Below, in pieces: positions 61,518-64,000 of a DNA stretch of 64,000 bases. Source of the stretch: Amoebidium appalachense. Its lineage: Eukaryota > Protista > Ichthyosporea. The stretch covers positions 1,146,062 through 1,210,061 of the forward strand of contig CAVNZM010000001.1 in assembly GCA_963693365.1 (NCBI GenBank), written 5' to 3'. Within the stretch, counting starts at the first letter, position 1, and the number at the start of each line of letters is the position of its first letter. Below the pieces are notes generated by a model that was not told the origin of the DNA, did no database searches, and saw only the letters and a list, made by a program, of their open reading frames with translations. The position numbers were made by a program, and so were the translations under genes.

Positions 61518-62159
61518 TGTTGTAATACATAGTATTTACATATTGCAAGATCTTCTCAGTCCGTGTTATGTTTTCGTTCATTTACTTAGTGTAAAAGATG
61601 TGCTCCTTGTACGTACATTATGACATCGATATCCAGTGTGTTTGAGTACTTGTAATCGGGTGGTGTCGGCTATATTCGTGTGTTTAGATATCGATTACAG
61701 CAACTGATTATAGGTACACGAGTCTACCCAGTGAGGGAGAAACGTGTACATGTTTATGTGTACATGAATATCTTCGGTTACAACTGTGTTTTCATGTTCG
61801 TGTTTTCTGTCCTGCTTTCTTTTCTTTTTCCTCTTTCTTCTTCTTTCTTTTCTCTTTCTTTCTTTCCTTGTTTCCTTTCACATAATCATATTTCTTTCTC
61901 ACTAATATACGTTGAGTAGATTTATATTACTCTTTATGTTTTGATTGGTAGAAAAACACTTAGTTTACACTTTAGCTTGTCATGTATGATTCATAGCTTA
62001 GTCAACCACTTTTGTTTTGTGTGCTGCCGTACTATATCCAATCAGTAGACTTAGTCAGAAAATGTCTGAGTCTTTGTAGCCGGTGATAGGTTAGAAACAA
62101 CACCTCTTTCCTCGTTACTTTTCACCTCATTACTTTCTTATAGCTGTGACGTGTGTTCC
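61518..62159 (+). mobile_element. Diverged LTR-B 5' portion, interrupted by Copia-3
   Basis: TGTTGTAATACATAGTATTTACATATTG... with scattered substitutions relative to LTR-B. Confidence 0.9.
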
Positions 62160-63706
62160 TGTTGTTTTGTGTGGGAAAACGGAGAAGCAGAGAGCACAAA
62201 TGGGTGTTATGTTATACACAACACAGAGACACACGGGAGAAACACGACCGGAGAGGTGGAACGATTTCTGGAACCATAGGAAATGAATTCAACTGCTTGA
62301 TATTTATTTCAAGATGAAGTTCCTTTTATACTCAGGAATGTGAAATCGATAATCCAATCAAAAGAACGAAAACCCTATTATCCAATCAGAAAGACGAAAA
62401 CTATGAGGGTAAATTAAATCGATCGAAATGCCTGTCGACACATAGAAGATAAAACACAATCCTCTAATGAAAGTAATCTTCTAATAAAAGTACGGAAACA
62501 TTAAACAAAATGAAACCACTTATGTATCTATTAGTTCACATCATATATTTATACATGTTCTTAACATAACACGTCTAAATGTAAGTATTCCTAATAGTTG
62601 GGGAACATAGAGCAATGCTACGTCGTGGGAAAAGAAGGAAAAGGAATGAGGATAGAAAGGAATGGAATGGGAGAGGAATCGAATAGAATTAATGAGGAAT
62701 GTAGGTTACTATATTTGGGAAAATATAACGAGATCTGATTGGACAACATATTTAGACATTGACGCAAACAACAATACGTGTGCGCGGGCCAAATAGCTCG
62801 ATGTGTACACAGATCTAAGATATCTGTGCACACGGAAACGGAAAGGAAAGAAAGAAAGGAAGAAAGGAAAAGGGAAAAGGAAACGAACAACAACAAACTA
62901 ATAAACAAATGCAAAACTCAACTTCTAAGTCTTGCCGTTAATCATGGCAAGATGACATCCCCACTCAAGGGTTGGAAGTTGGGTTCTCGTGAAGTTTGTT
63001 GATGTGACTGTTGATGTCAATACTCTCACACTTGTAGAAGCAGGTGCCGTGACGTCAAAGTTTCCCCACTCGAGAAGACAATTGGAGAAGACTTGAAGTG
63101 GCAAGCCGGGGAAGAAAACCAAAACGGAAGAAGCTTAAACGACGGTTGCCTCGGAAGACTCGGAACATGACGGTAGCCAACGACGATATATATATAGAGG
63201 AAAACACTAGTGTATGTGTGACGTGTTGGTGGCTAATGTTTTATACTGGGACCACCCAGATAAACACAAGACATGAACATCTTGTGGACTGATTTATAGA
63301 CTGGTGGTCAACCAGTTAAGACACGGGGAAGGTACATCCCGAGGACTAGGTTTAGACTGGCAGTCAACCAGCACGCCATGGCTATAGATATTTATTTATA
63401 CTGGGACGCCATCCCAGTTCGACATATACATAAGTCGAATATAAAAGAAAACCAATATATATGGTGGTATATAAACAAACGACGGATGGTGGAGAAAGAA
63501 TTCCCCACTGAAGATGCACACACTGAAGATCGATGAAGACAGCAGTAGACTTTCGTTGGGAGGTGTCTCTACACGGTGATGTGTAGACCACTGGCCGGGG
63601 CCCCAACCTACTTGAAGACCACTGTAGATGAACGGGGGGGGGGGGGGGGGGGGGGGGGCACACTCAGTCACGAAGACTGAGGGAAGCACGGTGCTGCTCG
63701 TGGGAG
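62160..63706 (-). mobile_element. Copia-3 3' end: LTR-E (62160-62957), PPT, 3' UTR, end of RNase H
   Basis: Reverse complement of ~42455-43720; TCCCCACTC PPT complement at 62958-62966. Confidence 0.9.
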
Positions 63707-64000
63707 TGTTGTTTTTGTACGGGTCTAAGGGAGCAGAGTGCACAGAGGTGTCATGTAAAACACGACTAACACATTAATGAGAGGGCAATCGGAGTTGTTC
63801 ACGAGACATTGAAAGATTTCAAACAACAACTGAATCTTTATTGTGCTCTCGGTTCCTTTTGTACTTGCGACTTATCACTTTATCACAACTAAAGAGGGAG
63901 AACCAATCGGTTATCACAACTAAAGAGGGAGAACCAATCGGTTCTATCAGAAGATAGAAAAACACATTCCGACAGAGCATACGCATTCCAACTTCCGATT
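63707..64000 (-). mobile_element. LTR-C (U5 end) inserted in Copia-3 RNase H; runs off the window
   Basis: TGTTGTTTTTGTACGGGTCTAAGG...; small internal duplication near 63880-63940. Confidence 0.92.

Overview
Eukaryotic genomic DNA with spliceosomal introns, microsatellites and long C/G homopolymers; the organism cannot be determined from the sequence. About 70% of the window is a nested retrotransposon cluster. It holds three Ty1/copia families (here Copia-1 with LTR types A and B, Copia-2 with LTR-C, Copia-3 with LTR-E), a non-autonomous LTR element with a conventional tRNA-3'-end PBS (LTR-D), two copies of a LINE-type RT element, a 25-bp-TIR element and several solo or truncated LTRs. Most insertions have 5-bp target-site duplications (TSDs) that can be read directly. 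Non-retroelement genes are an intron-containing gene of unknown function split by LTR insertions (about 1.4-24 kb) and an apparently intact NXPE/PC-esterase-type gene (about 53.0-58.0 kb). Three observations stand out. (1) All three copia families share a split, three-part complementarity to the 5' half of initiator tRNA-Met, while the bases facing the anticodon loop vary. (2) All three carry repeated AGTGGGGA polypurine-tract motifs, one inside RNase H codons. (3) One LINE copy has a reiterated ~20-nt 5' end and a non-polyadenylated 3' extension. Family names are my own labels and no database search was possible.
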